Part shown: positions 19,428 to 30,677 of the stretch, piece after piece
Layout: every line of letters starts with the position of its first letter
How positions within the stretch are numbered: position 1 is the first letter of the stretch
Sequence record: PQ826431.1
Reading direction: 5' to 3' (one strand)
Source of the DNA: a phage
Length of the DNA stretch: 64,000 nt
The notes under the pieces: generated by a model
What the model was told of the DNA's origin: nothing
The model's database searches: none
Seen by the model: the letters and a program-made list of their open reading frames with translations, nothing else
Position numbers and translations under genes: made by a program

Positions 19428-22303
19428 TGTCAAGAGTTAAGCACAATATTGACAACACGTTTCAGTTGATTGAAGGGTTGGTTCAGTTTTTGGAAAGAAA
19501 TACTGGTCTTACCATAGATCCTACGGTTCAGCATTACATTATCAACCCACAAAACGTATTGGCGAACAACAGACACTTTATTAACTGGACAGCGCAGGAA
19601 GGGCAACCAAACGGTGACGCTACTACCGAAGGTCAATCTGTGCTTATCACTGGTTTTGCTTATGCATATTTGGCTACAGGGGATAAAAAATATCTTGAAT
19701 CTGCCGAGAAGTATTGGCAAGCTTATATAGATCACTTCTTCGGGGGCCAACCTATTCCTGATCCTCCGGCTAAATATCGTCCCAACTGGATCATCAATGG
19801 TAAAGAACCACGTTTAGCACATTACCCTCTCACAGATGATGGGTATCCTACGCACGGTGGGTTCAAAGGTAGCATGATGACTTGGATTAACGGAAGGACT
19901 ATTATTCCTAAAGGTGCGCCACACTGGGGAGAATACTTAGATAAAGCTTGGTTTGCTTTCAATGGTAATCTTGGTTGGAACTCTGTTAACGCAACAGTGT
20001 ATGCAACTAACCCAGATGGTTCAACCAACTGGAAAGAATATGGAGATCAGTGGGACGTTGAATGGATTATAGACCGTCTAGGACGTAAAGTTGATTGGGA
20101 TGGTAACATTTTATCTACTGGTCATAGCTTTGCAGAATATGGAACAGTGCAACTTAAAAACGCTTCTGTGAACGGTGACTATAAATTCAACTACGCTACA
20201 TGCAACCCTGTAGAACACGGTGGGTATCTACTTAAACGTAATGAGATGTGGCATAACCGTCCTGTAAACGTTCCGGTAGAGTTAGGTTATCAAGATAATG
20301 CTTCCGATGCTGAAACGTGGTGGTGTGATGCAAACTACTTGATGTATCAGATCACAGGAGAGAGAAAATACTGGCTTTGCTGGCAATCTTCTTTATTGCT
20401 GTGTCAAGACTACTCAAACATCGATATGTTTGATAAATTCTTCCGTAGATCTACGACAGCAATAATTCCTTTTACAGATGGTATTTCTTATGATTACTCA
20501 TACCCATCTACAGCAATACCTAAATATTCTCGTGACGAATTAGGATACACAGTAATTCGCCAAGATGTTGCAGCACAAACAACTCTAGAACAACAGGCAG
20601 TTTGGTTCAGAGTGGATCAGAATTCAAAACTACGTATTGAGTTTCAAGGCGTAGATGATGCAGGGGAAGGTGTTCTTTTCCGTCCAGAGTTAGAATTAAG
20701 CAAGACTAAGAGTGAAACAGACACAGTGACATATCGTTGTGGCTTACCTCTTGGTGCAGCTAATATGACTAAGATGGATATACCTTTATCCAGTTTTATG
20801 CGCACTGAACCTCCTGGAGGTGGTGTATATATTATTGCCGAACCTAGAATCATTGTTGACTGGGGAAGCAATACTGTGATACAATATAAATATGCAACTG
20901 GTATTGCTGGGACAAATAGTGATCAGATAGTTTCTGCTAATATGGATTCAGATGGTGGTTTTACTATTGGGTTTTGGTTAACACCAACTAAAACAGCCAA
21001 TTTAAAATCTATTACGTATCGTTCATACGCAGATGATTTTAACATCACTATTACGGATTCCGCAGGTTGGAGATGGTGGGCTATGTTAGAAAAAACAAAT
21101 TCTGCATGGGTTACTAAAGCTTTAAGTCCTGCTGATTTCAAATTAAGTACTTGGCAACCTAATCACGATGACACAGAGACAAAACCTTCGTCAATAAACC
21201 TGACTGCTGTTGATCAGATCAACATTGCATTGGATTCTGAACCTGCAAATGGCTTGACAGGGGCAATCGACTTTTATTGCGTTAACGATATCCCATCTTT
21301 GTATTCTTCAGCCGCTGGCGATGATTACACAATGTATTTCAGGGTTACAGTTTCATCTGAAAATCCTTATACAGCAAAACTTGGAGATTGTACAATACTG
21401 GACTACAAACTTGACAGTTTGAATTATACTCCAGGAATCATTCCATTTTCCAATATTAGTGATCCTAATACAGCATTATATGACGGTTGGCGTGGTATTC
21501 CTTACCCAGGTTATCAATACCCATCCTTATATTGTTTTAAAGGGAGAGATATTGACTGGGTTCGTATGAACAACAGTATAGACTTTTTATATGATTCACA
21601 AATGTGGTTTTATAATAAGTTTGCCCCTGTAATGCCTGGGCCAATGGCACAAGCTTATGTTTGGGATCGTTGGGATGCTCATAAATATGGAAACAAAAAT
21701 GAGTTCACAATGTATCATTGGAACGATAAAGCTTGGGATGGTTATGAAGCACGAGCATTCTTCTGTGCGTGTCATACGGTATACGAACTAAAGCGACGAG
21801 GAGCCGAAGTTCCTGAAAAACTTTTAACAGTTTGTAAAAACTGGATCAACTACCTGAAGTGGTTCCAAGATAACAACGAAGGAAGAACACCAACAATATT
21901 TTATCCCAACGGAGAAGTGGCTGCGCCTGTAGATGACTTTACAAGTCACATGTCTGCGCTCTTTATGGCGGGATGTGCTATAATGGGGATGGCTGGATAT
22001 GATTCAGAAATTCCTAACATTAAAATAGTAGCAGACCGCTGTTTTGAACTTATTCAGGAAAACTATATTGTTCTTGGTCCTAATCACGTTATGAATGGTT
22101 GTTGGAGTGCTGCTCCTAGACCAGACAGTGATAACGGAGTCTTCTTTGGCTTCCACGCTGGAGAGTTGTTACGTGGTTTTGGGTTGTATGCTTTATACAA
22201 AAAACTTAATCCCCAAAATGCATTACCTGTTTTGGATTCGAGCAATATTCCTGCACTTACTGTTTTGACAATGGCAAACATTAGTGTGGACGTTACCGAG
22301 TAA
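19427..22303 (+). CDS. large virion structural protein (958 aa)
   Basis: Long ORF in tail block, Trp/Tyr-rich. Confidence 0.4.
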   Translation: MSRVKHNIDNTFQLIEGLVQFLERNTGLTIDPTVQHYIINPQNVLANNRHFINWTAQEGQPNGDATTEGQSVLITGFAYAYLATGDKKYLESAEKYWQAYIDHFFGGQPIPDPPAKYRPNWIINGKEPRLAHYPLTDDGYPTHGGFKGSMMTWINGRTIIPKGAPHWGEYLDKAWFAFNGNLGWNSVNATVYATNPDGSTNWKEYGDQWDVEWIIDRLGRKVDWDGNILSTGHSFAEYGTVQLKNASVNGDYKFNYATCNPVEHGGYLLKRNEMWHNRPVNVPVELGYQDNASDAETWWCDANYLMYQITGERKYWLCWQSSLLLCQDYSNIDMFDKFFRRSTTAIIPFTDGISYDYSYPSTAIPKYSRDELGYTVIRQDVAAQTTLEQQAVWFRVDQNSKLRIEFQGVDDAGEGVLFRPELELSKTKSETDTVTYRCGLPLGAANMTKMDIPLSSFMRTEPPGGGVYIIAEPRIIVDWGSNTVIQYKYATGIAGTNSDQIVSANMDSDGGFTIGFWLTPTKTANLKSITYRSYADDFNITITDSAGWRWWAMLEKTNSAWVTKALSPADFKLSTWQPNHDDTETKPSSINLTAVDQINIALDSEPANGLTGAIDFYCVNDIPSLYSSAAGDDYTMYFRVTVSSENPYTAKLGDCTILDYKLDSLNYTPGIIPFSNISDPNTALYDGWRGIPYPGYQYPSLYCFKGRDIDWVRMNNSIDFLYDSQMWFYNKFAPVMPGPMAQAYVWDRWDAHKYGNKNEFTMYHWNDKAWDGYEARAFFCACHTVYELKRRGAEVPEKLLTVCKNWINYLKWFQDNNEGRTPTIFYPNGEVAAPVDDFTSHMSALFMAGCAIMGMAGYDSEIPNIKIVADRCFELIQENYIVLGPNHVMNGCWSAAPRPDSDNGVFFGFHAGELLRGFGLYALYKKLNPQNALPVLDSSNIPALTVLTMANISVDVTE

Positions 22304-22311
22304 GGGGTAAA

Positions 22312-24465
22312 ATGAAACAAGCTATATTTACTGTCACGCGAGACAAGAGAGTAAATGCGAGTTCATTTAACTACACGACTGTTGACGGAACAGCAGTCGC
22401 TGGTAGAGATTATATTGCAAAATCGGGAACACTTGTGTTCCCTGATGATGCTGATTCTGCTACTATTGTGGTTGAAGTATTTGAACGACCAAAGAACTCA
22501 ATAGATCTTAACTTCTCCCTCCAAGTTTCAGGGATTAGTCAAAATAACATGATGGTTGAAACAACCATCAATTGTATTATAACTACTATCCAAGAAAATA
22601 CTACTCCAATAACTTGGACTACAAAAGACGTTAAAATGTTCTCTCCTATGTATTGGACAATAGATTCTCAAGCAACGGAAAGTTGTTCTATTGTATCTCA
22701 TGGAGACTCTTTTACTGCAAGATTTGTAAACAGAACAACAGCAGGTTTGGCAGGGGTTATCTGGAGCACAGTTGACAAATATGACCATAAAGGTGTTGGG
22801 TATTTGCCTCACACAGATTTAAGTTCAGAGAAACTTTGGTTTAAAATGGAAATTAGTCAAAACATGCCAGGTTTTAAAGAAGAACCTTTGGTGCCGACTT
22901 TAACTGTAACTCTCCTGGATAAAAGTGTTCATTATGTCAGTTTAGGATTCTACGCTTCAGATATTTCAGAAGATGGTAAAACAGCCACAATCAAGTTAGA
23001 TTTTGGTAATATCTTTTCTGGCCCTAATAATGATATTCCTTTGGATATGAGTGCTGTAGATAATATTTTCTTCTCTTTGATTACAGCAAGGTATGAAGAA
23101 ATAGAAGAGATTGTGCCTATTGATAGTCAAGAGGCTTGGTTTACTTTCACTCTTCTTGAACCTACTTCTGGTTACAGTATGATGAAAGTCAGCAACCTTG
23201 TCCAGCCTGAACATGATATTCGTATGTGCACATCTTATGATGATATGTATAACCTGACTCCAGAGAGAGTTATTTATAATACATATGCGCTAGGTTATCG
23301 TGGGATGATTAACCATTATAACGGAATGTCCCATTATTATGAGTTCTCATGGAATGGAACATCTTGGGCTTTAAATAGATCTGTCTTCCTGAATCCTGCT
23401 ACAGAAGCTTGGCTAAATAGTTTCCATTCTATAGCAAACGAGAAGGGCTACACAATAATGAACTCTTTAAGTTTTGAATTGATGAGCACAGTTTGTCCTG
23501 TAGAATGGGTCCAGCATGATTGGAACGATGCTCTTGCAGCAACAGGGTATAAGCCTCCTAGTTACGTGTTGTCTCCAACTATTGACGAAGGCATGGAATA
23601 TTTGCAAAATGTTATTAACAAAATAGCATCTATTTCTCAAGCTAATAACATTCCAGTCGTCATTCAAATTGGTGAACCTTGGTGGTGGTATAATACAGCA
23701 AGTAAAATGCCTTGTATATATGATTACACTACCAAACTGGCATTCAATACAGAAACAGGCTTATTTGCACAAGATGCAGGAACAATAGATAATTATAAAA
23801 CAGGAACGCCATTTGACGAATACTATGCATTTTTGTCTCGTAAACTAGGGTTAAGAGTTACAAAGTTTGCAACAGACACCAGAGCAACTTACCCAGGAGC
23901 TAAAGTAACATTGCTTCCGTTCTTACCATCGATTATCGGCAACGGTTTGATGGAGAAAGTTAACTTTCCGTCTGATTACTACATTCCTGAAGCTTTTGAT
24001 TTTTACTGTTCAGAGTGTTACGACTGGCTTCTGGAAGGTAAGATGATGAAAGCATTTGATGCAATTACCATACCACATGAAAAATTAGGTTTTGAATATT
24101 CTGATATTCACTATCTTTCGGGTTTTGTTCCAGATGCTACTCTTGCACCTTTGTATGGCTTCGATCCTGAATCAAACTACCGCACGTATCTTTGGAAAAT
24201 GATTATAGGTAATATAGTGTTGAACGCCAATAAGTTCAATGGGCTTACACAATACATATGGGCCTATCCTCAAATAATGCATGATTCTATCACGGTAGTT
24301 AATTCTCAATCCCAAGTTTTCTATATGGGTAACGTGCCTTTGAACGTTTATTTACAGGATATCACTCTTAAACAGGTAAATGTTGAGATTGCCACCATAA
24401 GTGGAATTACATTAGCCACTAAATCTGGAGAAGATTTAGTAACAACGCAAAAATTTTATATATAG
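22312..24465 (+). CDS. structural protein with N-terminal Calx-beta-like domain
   Basis: N-terminus TVTRDKRVNASSFNYTTVDGTAVAGRDYIAKSGTLVFPDD resembles Calx-beta signature. Confidence 0.4.
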   Translation: MKQAIFTVTRDKRVNASSFNYTTVDGTAVAGRDYIAKSGTLVFPDDADSATIVVEVFERPKNSIDLNFSLQVSGISQNNMMVETTINCIITTIQENTTPITWTTKDVKMFSPMYWTIDSQATESCSIVSHGDSFTARFVNRTTAGLAGVIWSTVDKYDHKGVGYLPHTDLSSEKLWFKMEISQNMPGFKEEPLVPTLTVTLLDKSVHYVSLGFYASDISEDGKTATIKLDFGNIFSGPNNDIPLDMSAVDNIFFSLITARYEEIEEIVPIDSQEAWFTFTLLEPTSGYSMMKVSNLVQPEHDIRMCTSYDDMYNLTPERVIYNTYALGYRGMINHYNGMSHYYEFSWNGTSWALNRSVFLNPATEAWLNSFHSIANEKGYTIMNSLSFELMSTVCPVEWVQHDWNDALAATGYKPPSYVLSPTIDEGMEYLQNVINKIASISQANNIPVVIQIGEPWWWYNTASKMPCIYDYTTKLAFNTETGLFAQDAGTIDNYKTGTPFDEYYAFLSRKLGLRVTKFATDTRATYPGAKVTLLPFLPSIIGNGLMEKVNFPSDYYIPEAFDFYCSECYDWLLEGKMMKAFDAITIPHEKLGFEYSDIHYLSGFVPDATLAPLYGFDPESNYRTYLWKMIIGNIVLNANKFNGLTQYIWAYPQIMHDSITVVNSQSQVFYMGNVPLNVYLQDITLKQVNVEIATISGITLATKSGEDLVTTQKFYI

Positions 24466-24473
24466 GAGTAAAA

Positions 24474-26150
24474 ATGTCAACTACAATTACTAATTTACCC
24501 GAAACATCAAAAGTTAACGGTTCAGATTACCTGGTTTTAGATCAACCTGATAAAACTGTTAAAAGCACAGTTTCCAATTTTCTTGCTGACACTGGGGTGG
24601 TTTTAGCCACCCAGTTGAAAGATACAGATGGAGCAGATTCAGGTTTATCCATTATCGGCACTAACCACCGGGGGACTTTACAGGAAGATTTAGATGCTAT
24701 CGACCGTCGTCCTGATGGGTATTCCAATAATATCCAAACAGTTCTATCGAATGGCCAGGATGTGCAGATTGCAAAAGATATTAATATCACAACAGTAATA
24801 TCGCCTGTGGCTGACTACCAAGTAATTCAAGGGGTAGGTGGTTTAGTCTCCAATACTACAAAAACGCAAGCTGTGAATATTAATGGAAAAAACGGGGTTA
24901 AAGTAAGAGATATACGTGTTTCTGGTTTAATTGTGAATGCCCCTACAACTGGGGGTAATGTGGCGTATGCTGTTAATGCTAATGACTGCTCAGATATTTC
25001 AATGATTGGTATTAATACATTTGGCTATACAGGCTCTGTGCAGCTGACAAGAGTTGCAGACTCAGTTGTTAGGGATGTGTATTCTAGAGGTAATAGATAC
25101 CATTCTGATGTTGTTGCTGGCGGGTATGGAGTTCTTCTTGGCGGGTGTAAGAGAGTTCTCATTGACGGTATTAATTTTGAGGCTGACCATGCAAAGGGCG
25201 ACTTAGGTCGCCATGCTCTGTATGTGTCCGTAGTACAGTCAGATGGTTCGTACTGTGAGGATATTATTGCAAAAAATATTATAGGTCGCTATTCAGGTGT
25301 CGATGACCGTAATATGTGGTTTATTAATATTCGCCATAGTAAGCGAGTATTGGTAGATGGGTTACTGCTGCAAGGTGGTAACGGTGGTGTAGCACTAAAC
25401 ACTGATGACGGAGAAGTTAGAGATACTCAAATAAAGAATGGGCATTTGCAAGTTCTCCAGTATGGAAGCGACACTGTCTATGGCATTAGTGGTACACCTG
25501 CTGATAGTTCTCTTCTTAACAACCTCCTGATTAGTGGTGTCTCTTTTGATATGCAAACCAAACTCGGGGTTACAGCCACCACAAACGGCATAATTCCGAT
25601 ATCTCTGAGTTGTCAGCGTTCACGTATCGAGAACATTAAAATAGCAGGTAACGGTGCGTCTACACCAATATTGCTAGGCTCCTGCTCACAATTAACCATT
25701 GATGGGGTCACTGATACGATAAACGCTGGTAGTGTTACCCAACCATTCTTGCGATTTCAGGGAACTTGCTCTGATATATCAGTGCTGAACATAGATACCC
25801 CTAGAGATACTATGTTCTTTGGGCTGGATAATGTAACTAACCTTACTGTCAACTGGGAGCGGTTTGGTCGTATTGTGAGTAACAACGGAACCATCAACAT
25901 ATCCGATAGCAACTCACTATTCAGTTCTGTCACTAGTACAGGTACTGGTGAGATTACTGTTGTATTCAAAAATCACGTTACCATTGATGCGGTCAGGAAT
26001 TGCACTGTAACCCCAGCATCGACGGCAGGATTTGTGTGTCTGCCAGAGGTTGTTGGTCGTAACTTAATTTTACGTTTCTATAATAGCAATGGTACGTTAG
26101 TTCCCCTTGCTTCTTCCATTGTATCGGCTGATGTTAGGTTACATTCATAA
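24474..26150 (+). CDS. putative tailspike/tail fibre (beta-helix-like)
   Basis: 558 aa, Gly/Asn/Val-rich repetitive beta strands. Confidence 0.4.
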   Translation: MSTTITNLPETSKVNGSDYLVLDQPDKTVKSTVSNFLADTGVVLATQLKDTDGADSGLSIIGTNHRGTLQEDLDAIDRRPDGYSNNIQTVLSNGQDVQIAKDINITTVISPVADYQVIQGVGGLVSNTTKTQAVNINGKNGVKVRDIRVSGLIVNAPTTGGNVAYAVNANDCSDISMIGINTFGYTGSVQLTRVADSVVRDVYSRGNRYHSDVVAGGYGVLLGGCKRVLIDGINFEADHAKGDLGRHALYVSVVQSDGSYCEDIIAKNIIGRYSGVDDRNMWFINIRHSKRVLVDGLLLQGGNGGVALNTDDGEVRDTQIKNGHLQVLQYGSDTVYGISGTPADSSLLNNLLISGVSFDMQTKLGVTATTNGIIPISLSCQRSRIENIKIAGNGASTPILLGSCSQLTIDGVTDTINAGSVTQPFLRFQGTCSDISVLNIDTPRDTMFFGLDNVTNLTVNWERFGRIVSNNGTINISDSNSLFSSVTSTGTGEITVVFKNHVTIDAVRNCTVTPASTAGFVCLPEVVGRNLILRFYNSNGTLVPLASSIVSADVRLHS

Positions 26151-26350
26151 TACTTAGCCCCTCTTTGTAGGGGCATTACTTAGAAAAACAAAGAGGTTGT
26201 TATGAACGAAATGTTCTCACAAGGCGGTATTGCCCCAGGTACTACTGCCATTAGTCTTAGTGCTGCCGGAGTATTAGTTCACTCTGCGGGTAATGTGGAC
26301 CTTGGGGAATTAGCTGCATATCGTGATTTAAAAAGTAATGAGAACGCACT

Positions 26351-26593
26351 ATGAGAAAATTTTTAATAGGTATGTTCTGTACATATCCTGATAATAAAGT
26401 CAGTTCTACGAAAGTCTGGAACGCTGTAGGCATGTCGGTTATGACAGGCATGTTTATCTTTTTAGGAATAGAAAAAGAAATTCCTGAATGGATGGGTTGG
26501 GCTTTTGTTTTCATGATAACTCCTTCTCGCCTCATGAAAAATCTTATTGATTTACGCTGGGGCAGATCACAATCTACCAAAGAGGATGACTAA
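26351..26593 (+). CDS. small membrane protein, holin-like
   Basis: 80 aa, two hydrophobic segments, charged C-terminus RWGRSQSTKEDD. Confidence 0.3.
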   Translation: MRKFLIGMFCTYPDNKVSSTKVWNAVGMSVMTGMFIFLGIEKEIPEWMGWAFVFMITPSRLMKNLIDLRWGRSQSTKEDD

Positions 26594-28080
26594 TGGACGA
26601 ATATGGTTTGACAGATGCGGGATTTGTAATCCCGACTTTTGACGATGTTTTAAACAACTACATGACAGCAGTAAAAAACACATTTGGTGCAGATGCAGCC
26701 ACTTCGGAAGATACTGTGATCGGACAACTGTTTAGAATAATTGCATACACAGATTACACATTGTGGGAAGGTATGCAAGGTGTTTATAATACTCAAACAC
26801 TGGATGGTGCAGAAGGTATTTATCTTGATGAAATCTTTTCTAAACGCGGTTTCTATCGAGCAGGGGCAGCAGCAAGTACAGGTTATGCATATGTTAAGAG
26901 TAATAACAAAGCAGCTTGGACTTATGAGCTAGGCACGGATATTTACTTCAACTCTGATAGTGATATGAACTACTATGTTAGCACACCAACTATGTTGAAT
27001 GCTAAGATTGCAGCTTATCAAATCTCTCGTGCTAATGCAACTGCTACAGGTGTTCCAAATATTACTTTTTATGCACAAAGTGCGGTCGATGGAGGACTAA
27101 ACAGTAAAACACTTGCACCTGGTTCTTCTACATTTATAACCGATCTTGAAACTTTTATCAAGGCGAATTTAACAGAAGCTGATCGTAGTCTTGTATTTTC
27201 TGATTCAGGTAACTTATCAATTGGTTTTACTTCTTTAACCAGTGATACTCCAGTGGGGCTGGTAACTCCTATTAAATTTTATGCTAGTGTTCCGGTTGGA
27301 ACCAAGTGGAGTGAGATTCCGGTAGTTGCAGCAGAGAAAGGATACAATCCTGTTGGTGTGGAGTCTATTACAGGGATATCTTCTACCTTTACAGGTTATC
27401 TTGATAGTGGTAACTTCTATTCATTTTCCCCTGGTCGAGATGTTGAGACAGACGCAGAATTCCGCTCTCGTTTCAATGACAATGTTGACGAAGCTAACGC
27501 AGGGACACGAGCAGCTATTGTGAAAGCTCTGCTACTTACAGATGGTGTTACTAAGGTGAAGATTTATGATAACCCTACGTTACATGATCAAGAACACGCT
27601 CCAGCTATGACTTTCCAGACTATAGTTTATGGTGGCAGTGCAGAAGAAATTGCAAATGTTATCTATAAAACCAAACCAATCAACACTTTGACACACGGAA
27701 CAACTAACATAACAGTTACAACAGAAGATGGAGGACAAGAAATTATTCGCTTCTCTCCTGGTGCTTCTGCTATGTATTCCGTAAAACTTGTTTATCAAAC
27801 TGTCAACGGAACAACTTTAAGTGGAACAGAAAAACAAAACATCGTAGAAGCTTTACAAAACCTGCAAGCTTACTTTGAATTAGGTTCTTCAGTAACGAAC
27901 GATCAAATCAAAGGTGTTATTTATGCAGCACTTGCTTTTGGACGCTTGACTTCTCTTCGTGTTTATGTTAAACTTAATACTGAGGATGACAGTAAATATA
28001 CAGAGAATAATATAGTTCCTGCTTATAATGTTGTCCCTTCTTTTGACCTTGATAACATTTCTTACGAGTATGGAGTGTAA
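26593..28080 (+). CDS. putative baseplate J-like protein
   Basis: 495 aa ORF in baseplate block; call by size and context. Confidence 0.4.
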   Translation: MDEYGLTDAGFVIPTFDDVLNNYMTAVKNTFGADAATSEDTVIGQLFRIIAYTDYTLWEGMQGVYNTQTLDGAEGIYLDEIFSKRGFYRAGAAASTGYAYVKSNNKAAWTYELGTDIYFNSDSDMNYYVSTPTMLNAKIAAYQISRANATATGVPNITFYAQSAVDGGLNSKTLAPGSSTFITDLETFIKANLTEADRSLVFSDSGNLSIGFTSLTSDTPVGLVTPIKFYASVPVGTKWSEIPVVAAEKGYNPVGVESITGISSTFTGYLDSGNFYSFSPGRDVETDAEFRSRFNDNVDEANAGTRAAIVKALLLTDGVTKVKIYDNPTLHDQEHAPAMTFQTIVYGGSAEEIANVIYKTKPINTLTHGTTNITVTTEDGGQEIIRFSPGASAMYSVKLVYQTVNGTTLSGTEKQNIVEALQNLQAYFELGSSVTNDQIKGVIYAALAFGRLTSLRVYVKLNTEDDSKYTENNIVPAYNVVPSFDLDNISYEYGV

Positions 28081-28082
28081 AA

Positions 28083-28712
28083 ATGGCAGTGAGTGTTGAC
28101 CATGTAACAACTTGGGCCAGTATCAATGAAGATGTTAAAAACCTTCTGATTGAAGATTTTAAATCTTCTCCTAACATTGTCAAGCTCCTCTACATCGTAT
28201 CCAGTGAAAAGCAAAAGATAGATCAGGCAATGATCTATCTTGCTAAACACCGCTTGATCTCTACAGCCACAGGCAAATACCTAGATATTCTAGGGGAAGA
28301 AATGGGGATCGAACGTAATGGCTCTGATGATGAAGAGTATAGAACAATATTAAAAATCAGGGCTTACCGCGTAGCCTCATCGGGGACTCGTGGTGACATA
28401 ATTGATATCTTCGCCCGTTTCACAGGAACAGAGCGTGAAACGCTTAATACTTACGTAGGTTTGAATAAAACCTTTGATGTGTTTTTCTACAACCTGTGTC
28501 TTCAATCTGATCAAGCTTTAGAGCAGTTGCTAAGTGTTTTCCCTATTATTAGTAGCTACCGTCTTGGAGCAAAAGCAGGATCAGCTTTTGGTTTTAGTTC
28601 TTATTATGCTACCAAACCGCCTCATGGTATTGGTGGTTTAGGTTCCCTGTACATGGAATCTACTGGGGATGAAACAGGACGCATGTGTACGCTTCTCAAG
28701 CAAATAGATTAA
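28083..28712 (+). CDS. putative baseplate/tail protein (gpI-like)
   Basis: 209 aa ORF immediately after J-like gene. Confidence 0.35.
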   Translation: MAVSVDHVTTWASINEDVKNLLIEDFKSSPNIVKLLYIVSSEKQKIDQAMIYLAKHRLISTATGKYLDILGEEMGIERNGSDDEEYRTILKIRAYRVASSGTRGDIIDIFARFTGTERETLNTYVGLNKTFDVFFYNLCLQSDQALEQLLSVFPIISSYRLGAKAGSAFGFSSYYATKPPHGIGGLGSLYMESTGDETGRMCTLLKQID

Positions 28713-28721
28713 GGAGTTTAA

Positions 28722-29783
28722 ATGGCGAAGCCAATATATTATCCTGACTGGGCTACACAAACTGTAACGCTCCCAGGAACTTTAAACACAAACAAAATTA
28801 GACCTAAAGAAACCATCCGCACAGTTGGTATGGATTATGGTCAAATCATGACTTGCGAAGAAATGAACTGGATTCTTAATAATATCGGTTTATGGATTCG
28901 CTATTTGGTGGATGATTTTCTTCCAACTTTACCTAATACCTACTTGCCTTTAGTGGGAACTAAGATTACAATGGCAGGTGATGCTACTGGTGAGGCCACT
29001 TGGAACGGTAACAAAGAAGTTACTTTATCTATCCAAGTTCAAGATAACAGTCATAATCACTTGTCAGCAAACATTACAGATGCCACTAGTTCAACAGTAA
29101 CACCAAACGTGCTGGTAAAACGTGATGCGGGTGGTGCTATTTATGGTGGCGATGTTTATGTTAACGGTACTTCCACAACAGATCCTGCAACACTGTTCTT
29201 CAAAAACTTTGCAGGACAAACAAATGGTGAGATTTCTGCCGAGTATCAAAGCGGAGGTCAGCTTTACATCTATCGTAGAAATCCTAGCACAGGTAGTGTA
29301 TCGGCAGGTATTCGTTTATATGACGCAGGTTATGTTCTAATAGATAATCCAAGATCAAACAGTGGACAAGATACTTCTAACGGAAATGCTTTAGTTCGTT
29401 TAGATTATCTGAACTCTCGTTTGACTTCCCTTCAGAACACATTGCAGACGAATATTAACACTGTTCAAAACAACTTGAATAATGTTAACAACAACCTCTC
29501 TTCTCGTATAAACAATGTAGAAAGTAATCATCAAAGTCAGATTACAAATAACTACAACTATGCTAACGGAACCTTTGTAAGAGATATTCGTTATACTAGC
29601 CAAGGTGTGTATTATCCACCAGGGAACGAGGTTTCTTGGACTTATATCTGTTCTTCTGGTTATGTTCTTTCTGGTATTATCGTACAGGAAACAGGACGTA
29701 GCTCTGCGGATAACATCGGTGGGGTTTACTTCAAACGCCTCCAGCGCAACGTTAACGGAAACTGGTACGATATTGGAGGCTAA
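28722..29783 (+). CDS. putative tail fibre protein
   Basis: Asn-rich heptad region (LQTNINTVQNNLNNVNNNLSSRINNVESN) typical of fibre shafts. Confidence 0.45.
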   Translation: MAKPIYYPDWATQTVTLPGTLNTNKIRPKETIRTVGMDYGQIMTCEEMNWILNNIGLWIRYLVDDFLPTLPNTYLPLVGTKITMAGDATGEATWNGNKEVTLSIQVQDNSHNHLSANITDATSSTVTPNVLVKRDAGGAIYGGDVYVNGTSTTDPATLFFKNFAGQTNGEISAEYQSGGQLYIYRRNPSTGSVSAGIRLYDAGYVLIDNPRSNSGQDTSNGNALVRLDYLNSRLTSLQNTLQTNINTVQNNLNNVNNNLSSRINNVESNHQSQITNNYNYANGTFVRDIRYTSQGVYYPPGNEVSWTYICSSGYVLSGIIVQETGRSSADNIGGVYFKRLQRNVNGNWYDIGG

Positions 29784-30329
29784 ATGATATTTACAAACTT
29801 TAAAAAATATATTCCTGAAGACCCTGAACTAAAAGAATTGGTAGAAGCAGAGAACATTCTTTTTCTTCGTTGCGATCAAGGTTACGATTGGTATGATTTA
29901 CGTAGCACAGAATTCAATAACGATAAAATGAAAGTCGTTTTTGATGATCAAAATCGTATTGTGTTTTGGAATACTGATCCTACACTACTTTGCCCTGAAG
30001 ATCTTTCTATAGCACAAGTAGACTTTAATATAGATACTTTTGAGGATATTAGGAACAAGGTTCTGGATTTAGAAACCTTAACTCTTAAGGATAAAGAGTA
30101 TTCCCGTGAAGAGTTGATGACACAAGCTAGTGCAAAAATTCGCTCTTTACAAGAAACAGCGGTAGCACTTATAACACCTTTACAGTATGCTAAAGATTTA
30201 GAAATGGCTACTGAAGACGAATTAGCTTATCTTAAAAATCTTCAAGTTTATGTAGTTAAACTAAATCGTGTTCCGCTTCAAAAAGACTATCCTTACGCTA
30301 TAGATTGGCCTACATTACCGACAGAATAA
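29784..30329 (+). CDS. putative tail fibre assembly protein
   Basis: 181 aa ORF directly downstream of fibre gene. Confidence 0.3.
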   Translation: MIFTNFKKYIPEDPELKELVEAENILFLRCDQGYDWYDLRSTEFNNDKMKVVFDDQNRIVFWNTDPTLLCPEDLSIAQVDFNIDTFEDIRNKVLDLETLTLKDKEYSREELMTQASAKIRSLQETAVALITPLQYAKDLEMATEDELAYLKNLQVYVVKLNRVPLQKDYPYAIDWPTLPTE

Positions 30330-30338
30330 GGGATCACT

Positions 30339-30674
30339 ATGGAATTTCAAGAAGCATGGGGACTTGCAAAGGATGCAATAATCCCTTTAATCGGAGTCAT
30401 CTGGTTCTTTTTCAAACAAAAAATGGATAAATTCGGCTCTGATCTTGAGGAAATGGAGGAGAAAAGTCGAGAGCTAGAGAAGAAGTTGGTCTTTGTTGAA
30501 TCAACTTATGCAACTAAAGCCGAACTTACCCAGATGCTAAATCAAATTAACTCTACATTAATGGCAAATAATAACACCCTTGAGCAAAAAATTGAAAAGA
30601 TTATGGACCTCAAGAATGCGACTATCCAAATGATGCTAGATGACATAGTTAAACGTACACAGAATAAGGGGTAA
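30339..30674 (+). CDS. membrane-anchored coiled-coil protein
   Basis: One N-terminal TM segment (AIIPLIGVIWFFF) then coiled-coil. Confidence 0.3.
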   Translation: MEFQEAWGLAKDAIIPLIGVIWFFFKQKMDKFGSDLEEMEEKSRELEKKLVFVESTYATKAELTQMLNQINSTLMANNNTLEQKIEKIMDLKNATIQMMLDDIVKRTQNKG

Positions 30675-30677
30675 TTA

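Noticed and set aside
26157-26174. GCCCCT...AGGGGC hairpin after the tailspike gene as a terminator
   Set aside because: No U-tract follows and an RBS plus micro-ORF begins about 25 nt downstream.
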